From the IMG/VR virus record IMGVR_UViG_3300036773_000046, positions 15,067-79,066 of that record: a stretch of DNA of 64,000 bases; one strand, written 5' to 3'. Positions 19,958 through 31,453 of this stretch are shown here, in pieces. The translations under genes and the position numbers were made by a program. This DNA comes from a virus. Taxonomy: Duplodnaviria > Caudoviricetes. Under the pieces are notes generated by a model. That model had not been told where the DNA came from, did no database searches, and saw nothing but the letters and a program-made list of their open reading frames with translations. Position 1 is the stretch's first letter. Each line of letters begins with the position of its first letter.

Positions 19958-20448
19958 ACTACCCTTCCTACTAGCTTATTTTGCTCGTGCGTTTCGGTAC
20001 CCTCAGTGAACCACGTCACGGGTACTCCCGCGTCACGCGCACGGCGGATGGTGGCCCACGTGCCCGACCGGCGATGCCGTGACTCTTGCCCCGACGGGAG
20101 CGCGAGAATGAGGTCGCTGCACTGCACCACGTCTAGGTTGCGCACCATGGGTGGCTTGACCTCGTGCGTGACGTCAGACGTGGTGAACGCGCGCATGCCC
20201 TCGATGTCGCACGGGTGTGAGTGGATGACCGGCAGGCACGGGTCACGACGGTAGCCACCGTCCTCATCCGTGTAAGCTAGGTTGGTGCGGAACCACAGCG
20301 TCAGCCGCGCGAAGAACTCGTCCGCGCCGACGCAGTCGCCGTGATGTACCTCGGTCACGTCGTCGCGCAGCTCGAGGTACCGTGAGATGAGCCAGAGCCG
20401 CTGATCGTCCGTGGGGACGGAGCGGCGACCCGTGAAGCCTAGTCGCAT
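19954..20448 (-). CDS. SLOG-superfamily (DprA/YspA-like) nucleotide-binding protein
   Basis: LGFTGRR, VHHGDCVGAD, RN.DVVQCSDLILA, SGTWATIRRA. Confidence 0.65.
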   Translation of the reverse strand: MRLGFTGRRSVPTDDQRLWLISRYLELRDDVTEVHHGDCVGADEFFARLTLWFRTNLAYTDEDGGYRRDPCLPVIHSHPCDIEGMRAFTTSDVTHEVKPPMVRNLDVVQCSDLILALPSGQESRHRRSGTWATIRRARDAGVPVTWFTEGTETHEQNKLVGRVV

Positions 20449-20464
20449 GGCCAGATCATAACGG

Positions 20465-23400
20465 CTACACGCCACCCCGAAGCGCCACGGCGATGAGGAT
20501 GATGCCGCCGATCACGAGTAGCCAAAACAGCGGGTGCACCGCTAGTCCGAGCACGAGCGCGGCAATGATGATGATGACGGCGAGAAGGATCAGCATGATT
20601 CGAACTGTACGCCGCGCTAGCTGGTGCCGCCGTGCGGCAACTTGGCCCGCTCACGCTCACGTCGCCGTCCCGCCGCAGCCTTGGACGCCTCCCACGGCGT
20701 GAGCTCACCTCGCGCGCGCAGGTCGCGGTTGCGCGCCTCCGCGTCGCGCGCGGCTGCGCGTCGCGCCTCCTTGCGCAGGCGCGTGTTCTCGCGGCAGCGC
20801 GCGTGACGCCGCTTCCGCGCCTCGTTGCTCATTCGCTTCGACGCGGGATTACCCTTGCCGCCCTGCTGCCTAGCCATCACTCCTCCTCCAGTCGTCGCAC
20901 GTCGTCGGCGTTGGTAACGCCCACGGTGGCCACAACGACCTCGCGCACGACGCGGCCGTAATCGTCGTACGTGAGCGTGGTGACCGTGCGCGTCACATAC
21001 GGCGGTAGCAACGACGGCTGCGGTGGTGGGTAGTTCGCGGCGGGCGACGCCTGCGGCACGTCGGTGCGGCCCCACTCGTCTTCGTCTTGGTTCAACTTCT
21101 TACTCTTTCTCTTGGGGTTTTCAAAAGCGACGCGCACATCGGCAACGTCGAGCAGTGGCCACGAACGACCACCGCGCGTCAGGTTTGTCTCGCAGCTCAC
21201 CCGTGCCTGCCAGTCAGCTTCGCTCAGCGTGAGACTCAGGGCCGTGGTCATTCGCTGCGCTCCTTCAGTGTGTGGATCTCGATGACCGACCCGCCTTCGC
21301 GATGCCATGCCGCACAGTCGAGGCACAACAGGTACTCGGGCGTCAGGTCGCCGGCCATCGTTGCGCCGTAAACCGCAGGGTTGCGGTCGCAGTCGTAGCA
21401 GCGACGGGTCACGTCTGCTCCCCTGCCGTAACCGACCCAGACGCAGCAAGAGCGGCGCGCAACCGGTCGGGAACGTCGCTGAGTATGTGCGCTTCTTCCC
21501 ATGTGATCTCGCAATGGTCGCCGCCGTCTGTGGTTGCGAGATCATCCAGTCGATCCGCCTGCGCCGTGACCGTCTCCCGTAGTTCGGCCAGGTCCCGCAC
21601 AGCCGCGTCCCGCTCGGCGGTCAGTCGTTGAATCCCGGCGATCAATCCGCGCACTGTCGTGTAGGCGACTGCCGTCCCTGCCATGCCGATGCCGAACATG
21701 CATCGCTGCGCGTCGTTGACGTGCGCCGTGAGTTCGTCCTCGCTGCGCTCCGCGTCCCCAGTCACGACTGGCCCCGGTGGTCAGCGAGCAGAGCCAAGAT
21801 CTCATCGGCCATGGTCAATAGCTGCTCGCGCAGAACGCGGTCATGTTGAGTCAGATGGGCCGGGTCATCCCGCATCCAGTTCGACATGATCGCGCGGTCC
21901 TCGGCGTTGGTGTAGCCCTCCTGGAAGCACCACATGAGCCACGCCAGATGAACGCGGGCTTCCTCGTTGGGTTCTGCCGCAGGCGAAGTCACGACGACAA
22001 CACCTCGTCCCAAGTGCCGCCGCCCGGATGTGCGATCACCGGACGCCAGACCACGTAACTGCCGGTCGTAGCGTCGGCGAGCCGATCGAAGCAGGCCACA
22101 CAGAACACGCCGCAACCGCGAGCATGAGTCGCCGCCTCGTAGAGATCATCGTCGGCATGCCACACCACTTCGACCTTCCGCCCGCACTGCTGGCAGATTT
22201 CGAGGTAGTAGCCACGACCGACGACCAGCCAAGCGGCCCGGAGAAGCGCGCTCCAACGGTGCATCCGCGCGTAGTACCTGACGGTGTTGGCGGTGAGCGC
22301 CGCCCAGTAGCCGAAGCCGTTGTCATGGGCGGCGTGCCCGATCTCCGCGCTCATTGCTTCTCCCCTTCGGTGGTGTCCCCAGGTAGGGACGGAACAGACG
22401 ACAGAGCAGCGAGAGCGTGCAGTTCGGACGCGAGGCGTTGTACGTCGAGGTCTGGGCACCGGACCAACGTCGCGGCGATCTCGTCCATCTGCTCGATCGC
22501 GGCCTGCTGCCGCTCCACCTCGGCGAGTGCCGCCTCAACCTGCCGCGCGCAGTAGTCCAGCTTCTCGGATCGCAGCCGCTTCGCGATCGAGAGCAGGTCG
22601 TCGGCCAGCCGCTGCCGGTCCGGGGCCGTCACGATTCGTACCCCTTTCCGCGACACGTCACCAGTCCCGCCAGATCGGTCATGCGATCCGCGCGGGGCAG
22701 GTCGAACGGCGTCTTGCCGCAGCACTGCGTGACCGCTTCACCGCGACCGGGGCACTTGTGCACGGTCTCCCGCCCTTCCGGCGCACCACCCACGCCGGTC
22801 ACGAGGTGACCTTGGATTGCGACGACTGCAATCGGTCGATCTCGGCAGCGACGAGAGCGCCAGCCTTCACCAGTTCCCGGATACGCCCCTCCCGGAACTG
22901 CTGCTCGTGATCTTCCGCCGGAGTGCCTTCCGGGAGCGCGAACGGCTTCCAGTGCCAGGTCGCCCACGGCCACGTCGTCGGAACGGGAACCCACTGCGAG
23001 ATGCCGTCCTTGACAACCCGCGCCTGCTTGAACCGCCGCCATGGCCACGGGATCGCGTAGGAGCACGCTGCCAGCGCCAGTGACTCATCCGCGTGGGCAG
23101 TGTCGTGCTCGGGCTCATAGCCCTCGACCTCGATCTGCCGCTGCCGCTCTGCCGCGATCAACTCGGCCCCGGTCATGCGAAGTTCCCGGAGTCGGCCTGC
23201 ATCCACGTCATGTACACGGCGCGCAGCTTGTCCTCGTCGCGGTCGTCGTAGAACGCGCGGACCGCTGCGGCGAGATCGTTACCCATCGAGCGGATACGTT
23301 CGGATCGCGTCTCAGCCTTGTCGAGCGCCGATGCCAGCCACTCAACATTGCTCACAGTCACGTCGGCTATGTCCTGAGTCTGGGATTTACTCATGATCAG

Positions 23401-24602
23401 TTCTCCTGTTCGGTTGCTTCTCGGTTATCGAGCGAGTGATGCACGTAAATGACGCCGGTCTCGGCGTCGGACCACAAGGGCAGTTGGTGTTCTTCGTGGT
23501 GGATGTGGTCCGACACGTGGGACGGACGTGCAATTCGCTGGTCACAAGGCACCCTCCGCGATGTTCGCTGCTCGCGACATGCCGTTGCGGTACGGACCTT
23601 CCGCGTTGCGCGACTTGGCATCGCGAAGCCGCTGCAAATCGGCACGGATCTCACCCGCCACCTTCGCCCGCACTTCCCGCTCCACCTCGTCACGCGACAC
23701 CAGGGCTTGCAGGTCAGACCACACAGCGGCGAGAGCGGCATCGGCAGCCCACTTCGTATGCGTCGGGCCGCTGCGGTGAATGTGCCACCACGACTCGTCC
23801 GCGGTCGGCTGTGATCCCGCGCACACAGCCCACGCATCGAACACGGCACGCTCGGCCTTCTCGCGCAGCTCGTCCGGCACCTCGCCGGATTCCCCGCCCA
23901 CACCCGTCACGGCTGTGTCCTTCCAGGTTGAGTTCGGCGTCCTTGCCAGCCACCACTGCGCGGCAAGCACGCACTCCGCGAGCATCTGCCCGTGGTGTTC
24001 GTCGCCGTTCGTCATCCAATTGCGGGCCATGCTCATCAGGTATTCGGCGTTCGCGGCCACAGACTCAGCAATCAGTGGGACGATGCTCGGCGACGCCTTC
24101 ATCAGCCGCGCGATCTGCTCGTCCGTCGCCTGCTCGGCAGCCAGCAACCGTTCCCGTTCCTTGCTCACTTCGGCTCCTTCTCGGTGGTGCCTACGCCGAG
24201 GTAGACGACGCAACCAGCTACGCGCCAGGTAACGGGGACGGACGGTCATAGCCGCACCTCGTACGGCTCCTCGCACACCCTCACCGGTGGCGTGCGGACG
24301 AAGTCGCTGGGAATCGGGCACCGCACAGACGCCCGCACGCCGCCAGGAGGCAGCGCCGGGTTCTCTCGAATCAGACGCTCGATCTCACGGACCTTGGTCC
24401 GGTAGGCGTCCAACGCCCGGGCGTACGCGGCACGCTCCAGATCACGCTGGCGAACCAGTCGGACGGCCTCGGCCCGGGCCGCCTCCCTCGTGGCAAAGAG
24501 TCCGTAGTCCAGGTCCACCACGTACCGACCCCGGTAGTCCGAGTTCACGTCCTCGACCTCGATCACCCAGACCAGGGCGTGACGATGACTCGACTCGCTC
24601 AA
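20465..24602 (-). CDS. Chain of about 14 small overlapping hypothetical genes
   Basis: ATGA/GTGA stop-start overlaps at 21409-12, 21989-92, 22351-54, 22629-32, 22799-802, 23173-76, 24246-49. Includes a 43-aa TM peptide (20465-20596), an Arg-rich protein (20617-20877) and a common phage protein starting MTGAELIAAERQRQIEVEG (22799-23176). Confidence 0.55.
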
Positions 24603-24695
24603 CTTGATCTCTTCCTAGGCTGGCTGGCTGGAACCTTCGACTCGATCGTACCAAGTTGAGTCGACGACGGGCGCACACACCAGCTACCGGGACTC

Positions 24696-24724
24696 ATTAT
24701 CTCAAGTCTGAACGTGCGATACAA
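24696..24724 (-). promoter_or_regulatory. Putative sigma70/HrdB-type promoter
   Basis: Minus strand TTGTAT-17 nt-GATAAT just upstream of the small-gene chain. Confidence 0.4.
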
Positions 24725-24779
24725 CTGCACCTAGGAACGTGAGATTACTCGGGGGTCTCTCTCCGGGGAGTCACACTCC

Positions 24780-25712
24780 GGCACCGACCCTCTCTCACCG
24801 TGAGTGAGAGGGTGTGGATCTTGTGAGTGAGATCTTGTCCTCACCCTCGACGAGGACTCCGCACCACGGTGAAGTCTTCACCCAGCGTGATGTGATCTCG
24901 ACGGGATCTTGGTGATCACCCGCGCCGCGTCGCCAGTCCAGCGGGCCCACGCCTCGACGGGATCTTACACCACCCCGCCTCGCCGGCCACTTGAAGTGCG
25001 CCACACCACTTAAGATGCGATCTTGGTCACTCTCAGACGTGATCTCTTAACCACACGAGAAGAGTGTGAGGGTGATGTGGGTGTGTGAGGTGGGTGTGAG
25101 AGTGAGTGACACACACTCTCTTCCCTTGTGAGTGTCTTCACCTTCTCTGCTTGCTTCTCTCTGCTTGCTTGCTCTCTGGTGTTGCTTCCCTTGTCTTGTT
25201 GATCAAGAAGGGTACCCAAATGGCAGCACATCGCGAAGAGTCTCCTGCTAGGTTTCAGCCACCCTAAACAATCTTGTAAGCTTGTAAGCAAGTTTTTAGT
25301 TGGCGTCTCGAGCGCGCGTAGCGCACGCGTACGTTCCGGTGTACGTTGTCTGAATATCAAATAGTTACTTACATACTTACAACTAGATCTTCCATCTACC
25401 CAGACCCGTTGTAATCGTTGGGCCCAGGTGACTTGCTTGCCTGTAAGCAGTCGATAAGCAAGCAACAAACTGCCTACAACACAGCTGCTTTGCCTACGAT
25501 CAGATCTTGCAGTTATCCGCACGGCGGCCACGGTTGTCTCAACGATTGCCCGCGATGTAACGAACGTGAAAGGTCCAGTTACTACCAAACAAGCCACAGA
25601 CAAGTACCAACCCGCCGTCGTTGCAAGATCCACTACACCACGATTTCCCGTCGTCGCACTACGCATTAGACCCAGCTCACATGCACTACGCTAAGCTCAC
25701 ATGCACTACGCA
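24780..25712. other. Low-complexity, lower-GC non-coding region; candidate replication origin
   Basis: GTGAG/GTGTG and CTCTGCTTGCT runs, inverted repeats, AT-rich stretch near 25350-25400, GATCT cluster; lies beside the primase/helicase genes. Confidence 0.35.
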
Positions 25713-25717
25713 TTAGA
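25656..25717. repeat. Short direct repeats
   Basis: GCACTACGC at 25656, 25683, 25703; AGCTCACATGCACTACGC at 25674-25691 and 25694-25711. Confidence 0.85.
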
Positions 25718-26156
25718 GCCGAAGATCTCCAACCCAGGGCTCGTCGTCGTCACGCGGGTGTAGTGCGATCCCATCCCACGCGGGTTGGTAGCCCGGGTAC
25801 GTCACCACCGCACGCAGCCGTGCCTGGGTGATCGCCGTGACGCCGACGTCTGTGCCGGTGACGTCAACCTCGACGCCGCACGGCAGCTGCCAGCGACCCA
25901 AGGAAGAGAGCTCGAGGTACTGCTCTTTGCCCGCGTCCAGCGTGCCGCGTGCCCAGATGTCGTTGCGTACACGCCAGACGAAGTCCACGGCGCCCAGCGT
26001 GCGGTACTCCCGCGAGCTTGAGCCCCGGTCACGCGTGAGGATGGGCACGGGTAGCTCGTCCGCCGTCATGGGCAGCTTGAACGCCCCCGGCGCGATGACG
26101 CGGCCGTCCAGCGTGGGTACGCCCTCGTAGGCGATGACGTCGCTCCAGATCTTCAC
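25713..26156 (-). CDS. Stand-alone paralogue of the N-domain of the head protease-like protein
   Basis: IWSDVIAYEGVPTLDGRVIAPGA...LGAVDFVWR...IWARG matches MWRGPLVVEGTPTGDGREFALDS...VGTIQRVYR...IMAEG of 3417-5129. Confidence 0.6.
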   Translation of the reverse strand: MKIWSDVIAYEGVPTLDGRVIAPGAFKLPMTADELPVPILTRDRGSSSREYRTLGAVDFVWRVRNDIWARGTLDAGKEQYLELSSLGRWQLPCGVEVDVTGTDVGVTAITQARLRAVVTYPGYQPAWDGIALHPRDDDEPWVGDLRL

Positions 26157-26243
26157 GTCGCGTCCCCTTTCCACGGCTCAACTCATGCCTTGCCACGTTG
26201 ATCTCTTTCTAACCTTTCGCTTCCTAGCTCTATCCTATCAAGT

Positions 26244-27755
26244 CTAAATGATGAAGAGCGATCCCAGTGGTGCGAGCTTACCCGCCCACCGCGTGCCGCC
26301 CGACACGTGTGACTCCCAGCCCATGCCTCGCAGCTCGCCGTTGAAGACACGGTGACTTAGCTGCGTACGCTTCTCCTCCGTGCTGCCGTACTCGTGCACC
26401 CACTGCTTGTACACACGGTAGAGATCTTCGGCCTTCCAGTAGTTCGACCACGGCGTGCTCAGTGGGAACGGGTCGTGGACCAGGTAGCCGTGCTCTTCCA
26501 TGAAGCTGATGAACTCGCCGACGCTGGTAAGATCGCCGAACGCCTTCGCGGTGGCCTCGACCCACGTCTGTGGCCGGTCCGCGCCGTGCACGTCGTGCTC
26601 GTCGTTGTAGGCGCGTGCGCAGCCAATGATCAGCTGGGTCAGCAGCGCGTCGAGGGTGTTAGGATCGCCGCTGAAGATCTCGCGCTTACGTGTGTCCTCG
26701 GCGGCCGCCACGCTGTGCGGGAACGGCAGCACGTGCAGTCGACGCTTGACGCCCGAGTCGGCGCCCTTCACCTTGGGCACCGTGTTGCAGACGATCAACG
26801 GCGTGAAGTCGGGTACGCGCTCCACCATCACGTTGCTGCGCATGCCTCGTGCGGTTAGTGGGTCGCCGCCCGACATACGCTTGACGTGATCTCCGTGAAG
26901 CTCCCAGGCGTCCGCGCCCTCGCTGGCGTACACAAACCGCGCGGACAGCGCCCGCAGTAGGTCGGGTCTGGGCTTGTCGTCCTGGTTGGCACGGAACACG
27001 CTGGTGCCGACGGGTACGGCGTAGTCGCCCACCGCCCGCGCGATGGTCTCGACGAGTTGGCTCTTACCAGTCGTGGTGGTGCCGTGCATGATCGTCCAGA
27101 TGCGGAAGTGATTGCCGCCGTAGAGCATCGAGCCTAAGATCTTCATGAGGTAGTCCCAGTAGCCCGGCTCGGGTACGAACGTGCGCTGGAACTCGTAGAG
27201 CGGCTCGCTCCACTGCACCGGCGGGTTGAAGGATGCGCGCGTGATGTGCGTGATGAGGTCGAGTGGGTCGTGCGGCTTGAGCGTGAGGTTGGCGAGGTCG
27301 ACGGTGCCCGTCGGCGTGTTAAGCAATTGTGGCGTCGCGTCCAGCTCCTCGCCGCGCACGATCATGAGTGGCTGCGCGAGCTTGAGAATCGCGGTGCGGC
27401 GACCGACGGACTCGGTGGCGTCGCCCCAGCGTTGCCACACCCCACGCTCGTCGTCGTCGGCTACCCGCCTAGGCATGCGACGTACGTCTTGACACACCCG
27501 TAGCGTAAGGTTGAGTGCGACCTGCACGTCGTCACGACGCCATCGCGTTCCGTCCCAGTGCAGCCAGCAGTCCTCGGATGCCAGGTACTTAAGCTCGGGG
27601 CATAGGCGCTTGAACCTGAAGGCGTTCCCGGTGTCGGTTGGCGTCTCTTGGGCGTGGGTAATGTCTTGAATAGTCGCCGAAAGGTCGCCCAGGTCACCTA
27701 GGTCACCCTCGGGTTGCGGGATCGGCGGCAGATCTTCGACGGGAGGCTCGGTCAA
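26244..27755 (-). CDS. D5/P4-type primase-associated SF3 helicase
   Basis: D5_N-like motifs (GNAFRF, WLHWDGTRW, LLNTP.GTVDL, ITHIT), Walker A GTTTTGKS, KRMSGGDPLTAR, RRLHVLPF. Confidence 0.85.
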   Translation of the reverse strand: MTEPPVEDLPPIPQPEGDLGDLGDLSATIQDITHAQETPTDTGNAFRFKRLCPELKYLASEDCWLHWDGTRWRRDDVQVALNLTLRVCQDVRRMPRRVADDDERGVWQRWGDATESVGRRTAILKLAQPLMIVRGEELDATPQLLNTPTGTVDLANLTLKPHDPLDLITHITRASFNPPVQWSEPLYEFQRTFVPEPGYWDYLMKILGSMLYGGNHFRIWTIMHGTTTTGKSQLVETIARAVGDYAVPVGTSVFRANQDDKPRPDLLRALSARFVYASEGADAWELHGDHVKRMSGGDPLTARGMRSNVMVERVPDFTPLIVCNTVPKVKGADSGVKRRLHVLPFPHSVAAAEDTRKREIFSGDPNTLDALLTQLIIGCARAYNDEHDVHGADRPQTWVEATAKAFGDLTSVGEFISFMEEHGYLVHDPFPLSTPWSNYWKAEDLYRVYKQWVHEYGSTEEKRTQLSHRVFNGELRGMGWESHVSGGTRWAGKLAPLGSLFII

Positions 27756-27888
27756 AACTTGGCGTCCCGTTCATCATGGTCTTGGCGCCTTTGGATGGCA
27801 CGGTCGATGCGCACGCAGAGCACGACGTAGATCACCAGCAGCAGCGATCCGAACGAGGCTCCAATGAGTACGATCCACGGCCAGCTGA

Positions 27889-28592
27889 TCACAGCGGAGT
27901 CACCGACGTGATCGTGAACCGAGACCTACAGGGTACGTGCTTGCTGATCGCGCCCTTCATGCGCGGTAGTCGCTGGATCAGCGCGGTGTGCTCGGCGCAG
28001 AAGATGTACGACGGCGTGCCGCAGCCGCACTTGAGTCTAACGGAGTGAGTCGCGATCTTTATGCAACGCCGCTGCCGGCCACGCCACCACAGAAACACCC
28101 ACTGCTTCATGAGCTGGCAGCGCGGGTTGAGGTTCCAGTCGACGCCCTCGAACGGCTTGGGCAGCGCGGTCTCAGGCTTGAGCTTGGGCAGGGTGGGCGC
28201 GATCACGGCCGCCGCCGTGCGCGTGCGTTGAAGATCTTACGCCACCACGATCGTTCCAAGTCGCGAAGTCGAGTCTCGACGTCGTTGAGTCGCTTGGCAT
28301 CCTGCACCGCCCAGCGGTACAGGGCAACGAGTCCCGTGTCGCTGTGCACGAACTGCACTACCGTGTCGCGGTCGGGCATGCCGCCGCAGACTTCGTCATA
28401 CGCGGCGCGCTTCCAGGGCTGATCGAGCTCACGGTGCACTACGTCGAGCAGCTCGGATAGGTCGTCAAGCTCCTCGGTGGGCACCCACGCGTCGTCGCTG
28501 GTGTAGGTCCATAGTCGGTGGTTGCAACGTCGGACGGCACCTACGTGGTCGGGCGTGATCCAGCCTCTTGGGCAGCTACACAAGCTCGTCAT
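27889..28592 (-). CDS. Two hypothetical genes (27889-28206, 28203-28592)
   Basis: Overlapping stop/start with neighbours; Cys motifs. Confidence 0.5.
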
Positions 28593-29761
28593 ATCAACTT
28601 TCCCCTACCTTGGACGACGCATCGTATCAACGCCGCCTCGTCTCCGTGGTAGATGCGCTTGAGCGCGAATACCCACTTGCTGCAAATGACCTGACCTCGC
28701 TCGGTGACGTGCTCAAACAGATCTTCGAGGCTGGGGTCACGCGAGTAAATCGTCATCACCCGCCGTGTGTAGCCCTGTGCGTCGGTCCAGTCGGTGGCGG
28801 CGGACTTTCCGTCCGTGACGTCCTTGCCCGGGCGGGTCCAGTAGCGGCAGCTGCTGATTCCTCCGCGCACGTCGTCGTTGAGCTTCCACCCGTCCCACTT
28901 GAGCAACGGCTCCCAGTCTTGATCACGGTTGAAGGTTGCCACGATTCGGTCGTAGTCTTCCAGGTCGAGGCCACGCGACGACACGTCACGACGGCGACCC
29001 TCGTCGTTGACCCGTCGCCGCTCGGCGATCTCTCGCCTAAGCTGCACGGCCTCCTCGTGGGCGGCGTCGCTAAGCATGCGCAGCTCGTCGGCGTGGTACC
29101 GCGGCCCAAGATCGTGAATCGTCACCAGCTGCGGGGTGGCGTTGCGCTCATCACCCTTAGGCCACCGCACGGTACCCGCGAGTCGTAGGATGCGCACCGT
29201 GTCGTGAACGTGGTCGATGGCGTAACCACCCGCCTCGGCCAGTAGGAAGTCACGCCAGCGAATCAGCAGCTGCTCGCCGTCACGACCCTCGGGCCGCTGG
29301 TTGGTGTGCACGAGCCAGTAGAGGTGACGCCCACCCGACCCGCTATTCACCTGCAGGGTGGGCTTAGGCAGCAACTTCACGTAGTTGTCCAGCTCTGCCT
29401 GATCTTGAAAGTAGCCGTCCGCGCCGGGCTTCACGTCGAGGTCGGCCCAGACGCCGGGTATCGACTGCACGTCGTCCCGCCGGCCACGCCCTCGTTCCGG
29501 CACGGAGGTGAACGAGGCGCACGCCGTGTAGACGTTCCAGCGATCGTTCACGACGTCCTGTAGCGCCTCGACGGAGGCGGCCACGTCGTCGGCGTAGGAC
29601 AGCTCATCCACGGAGGTGAACGAGTGCGCCTCGGGGCGGTTGTTGCCCAGGAGGTTCAACGAGATGAACCCTTGGGCACCCTCGTGGAGCAGCTCGAGGT
29701 GCCGTGTCGCCTGATCGGCATCGACGGTGGGCTGCAGTTCCGAGGCGTATCGCGTTGCCAA
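28589..29761 (-). CDS. RepB-like archaeo-eukaryotic primase (AEP)
   Basis: VWADLD, NSGSGGRHLYW, RILRLAGT; C-terminal YWTRPGK domain. Confidence 0.75.
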   Translation of the reverse strand: MATRYASELQPTVDADQATRHLELLHEGAQGFISLNLLGNNRPEAHSFTSVDELSYADDVAASVEALQDVVNDRWNVYTACASFTSVPERGRGRRDDVQSIPGVWADLDVKPGADGYFQDQAELDNYVKLLPKPTLQVNSGSGGRHLYWLVHTNQRPEGRDGEQLLIRWRDFLLAEAGGYAIDHVHDTVRILRLAGTVRWPKGDERNATPQLVTIHDLGPRYHADELRMLSDAAHEEAVQLRREIAERRRVNDEGRRRDVSSRGLDLEDYDRIVATFNRDQDWEPLLKWDGWKLNDDVRGGISSCRYWTRPGKDVTDGKSAATDWTDAQGYTRRVMTIYSRDPSLEDLFEHVTERGQVICSKWVFALKRIYHGDEAALIRCVVQGRGKLI

Positions 29762-30084
29762 TGTGCAGATTCCTAATTCTTAAGTTCGGCGATCGCCTAA
29801 ACCCCCACCTACGATCTTGGCGCGCTCCCTGTCCGTTAGTGCGCTAGGTTCCCACCCGTGGCGTCGCGCGCTACGCCCCCGCCTCACGCGCCACCACGTC
29901 GTCGCAACGCTACCAGCTACGGGAACGACGCACCCGCCACGGCGGTGATCAACTACGTTCACACCGTCGCCGAACACTTGACGCGCACTTTGGTATCGTG
30001 GACCACGACGAGTTTTGAAAGGAAGAAGTGGAACCACAACTTAGGTCAAGTGATGGCGTGACGCCAATCTTGCCGGCCGCGGAC

Positions 30085-31452
30085 ATGGTGAACACCACCA
30101 CGACGTGGGAGCTGCCGAACGGCAACGGCGAGGTGGTGAGGGTGCACGCGGACTTCATTGGGTTTGCCTCGAGCCAGGGCCAAGAGCACTGGGGACACGT
30201 GCCGGGACACTTCGCCTCCGTGCAGGCACGTTGCCGCGCCTGCCGTTGGTTCGAGACGCGCATCTTCCGCGAGGTGCCCGAGCCGGAACGGTACCTAGTC
30301 CACTTCGCGGGCGTCACCACGGTGCCGGGTGAGGTGCAGCTTACCCGGGTGCACTGGGCGTTCAGCGCCGACGAGGTCGTGGACGCGCTGCAGCTGCAGC
30401 GGTCGGTGAACAAGGAGCCTAAGAGGTGCCCGGTCTGCAACGGCACCAAGGTGGTCTCCCGCCCGCCGGGTGTGGCAAGCGATCAGTCGTCGTGGGTGTC
30501 GTCGGGCGTTGGGCCGTACCCATGCGTGGCGTGTGACGGCAAGGGAATCATCCTCGCGCCCGGCACTGAAACCTTCTTCTCCATACCGGCGAGGCGCGTG
30601 ATCAGCCAGGCTGCCTCCTTCGACGAGGAGATCAACGAGGCTAAGATGCGGCGGGGATTGTGAGCGACACGGACACCGGACCCATCGTGATCAACTCGAT
30701 TGATCCCGCGACTGGTCTACCCATCCCCGTGGAAGTGCCCAAGATTCAGCCGCGCTACTCGCCCAAGCATGACATCATACCCGTGGACGCCGCGACGTAC
30801 GAACAGAACGCGGGTCGGGTCTGGGTTTTGCGGTCCCTCATGGAGTTCAGGCATAGGCACCAACCACCACGACGGTACTTCGATCAGCACGTGTGGCACC
30901 AGGGATTGCACCGTGCCGATGACTGAGGGGTACGTTGATCGCGTTCACCCAGGTCAATCGTGGCGCTGGGACACGCCCTACGACGAGCAGTCGTGGAGGC
31001 ACTGCAGCTATTGCGGCTCGATGGATCCTGAGTTCGTCGCCACCAACGAGGCGATCACCCACATCGAGTGGGCTGACTATAAGTACGGATGGCCGCACAA
31101 GTTTTACGCCAACGTGATCAACCACGAGTCGCACAAGCTCTACGTCATTGGTAGCATGTACACCCGGGACGACGAGGCGGCGAAGCGGCGTGGCTACGTC
31201 GACATTCGACATCGCCGTAAGTTGACCGGCGCGCAGCGTGACGCACTTGATCGTTACAGGTTCGGAGGTCGTCGGCCTAACTGGGTGACGTTTGGTCATC
31301 GCGACATGCTCATGGGTAAGTTTTACACCGTGCATCTCGCGGAGGACAGCCTTGACCCTGCACTCATTGATGCGGTGGAGAAGAAGTGCGGGTTACGATT
31401 CACGTTTAGGAACGGCAAGGTTGGCTGGAAGCCGTACGATGGGGACGTGTAA
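30085..31452 (+). CDS. Three hypothetical genes (30085-30663 with CxxC pairs; 30660-30926; 30919-31452)
   Basis: First genes of the plus-strand operon; overlapping starts and stops. Confidence 0.55.
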
Positions 31453-31453
31453 G

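Noticed and set aside
25010-25666. 218-aa minus-strand ORF
   Set aside because: Runs through microsatellite-like sequence, no RBS or motifs; more likely non-coding.
29978-29999. Promoter TTGACG...TATCGT (and TTGACC...TAGGAT at 18745-18767)
   Set aside because: Spacers are only 10-11 nt; two examples are too few to claim a special promoter class.
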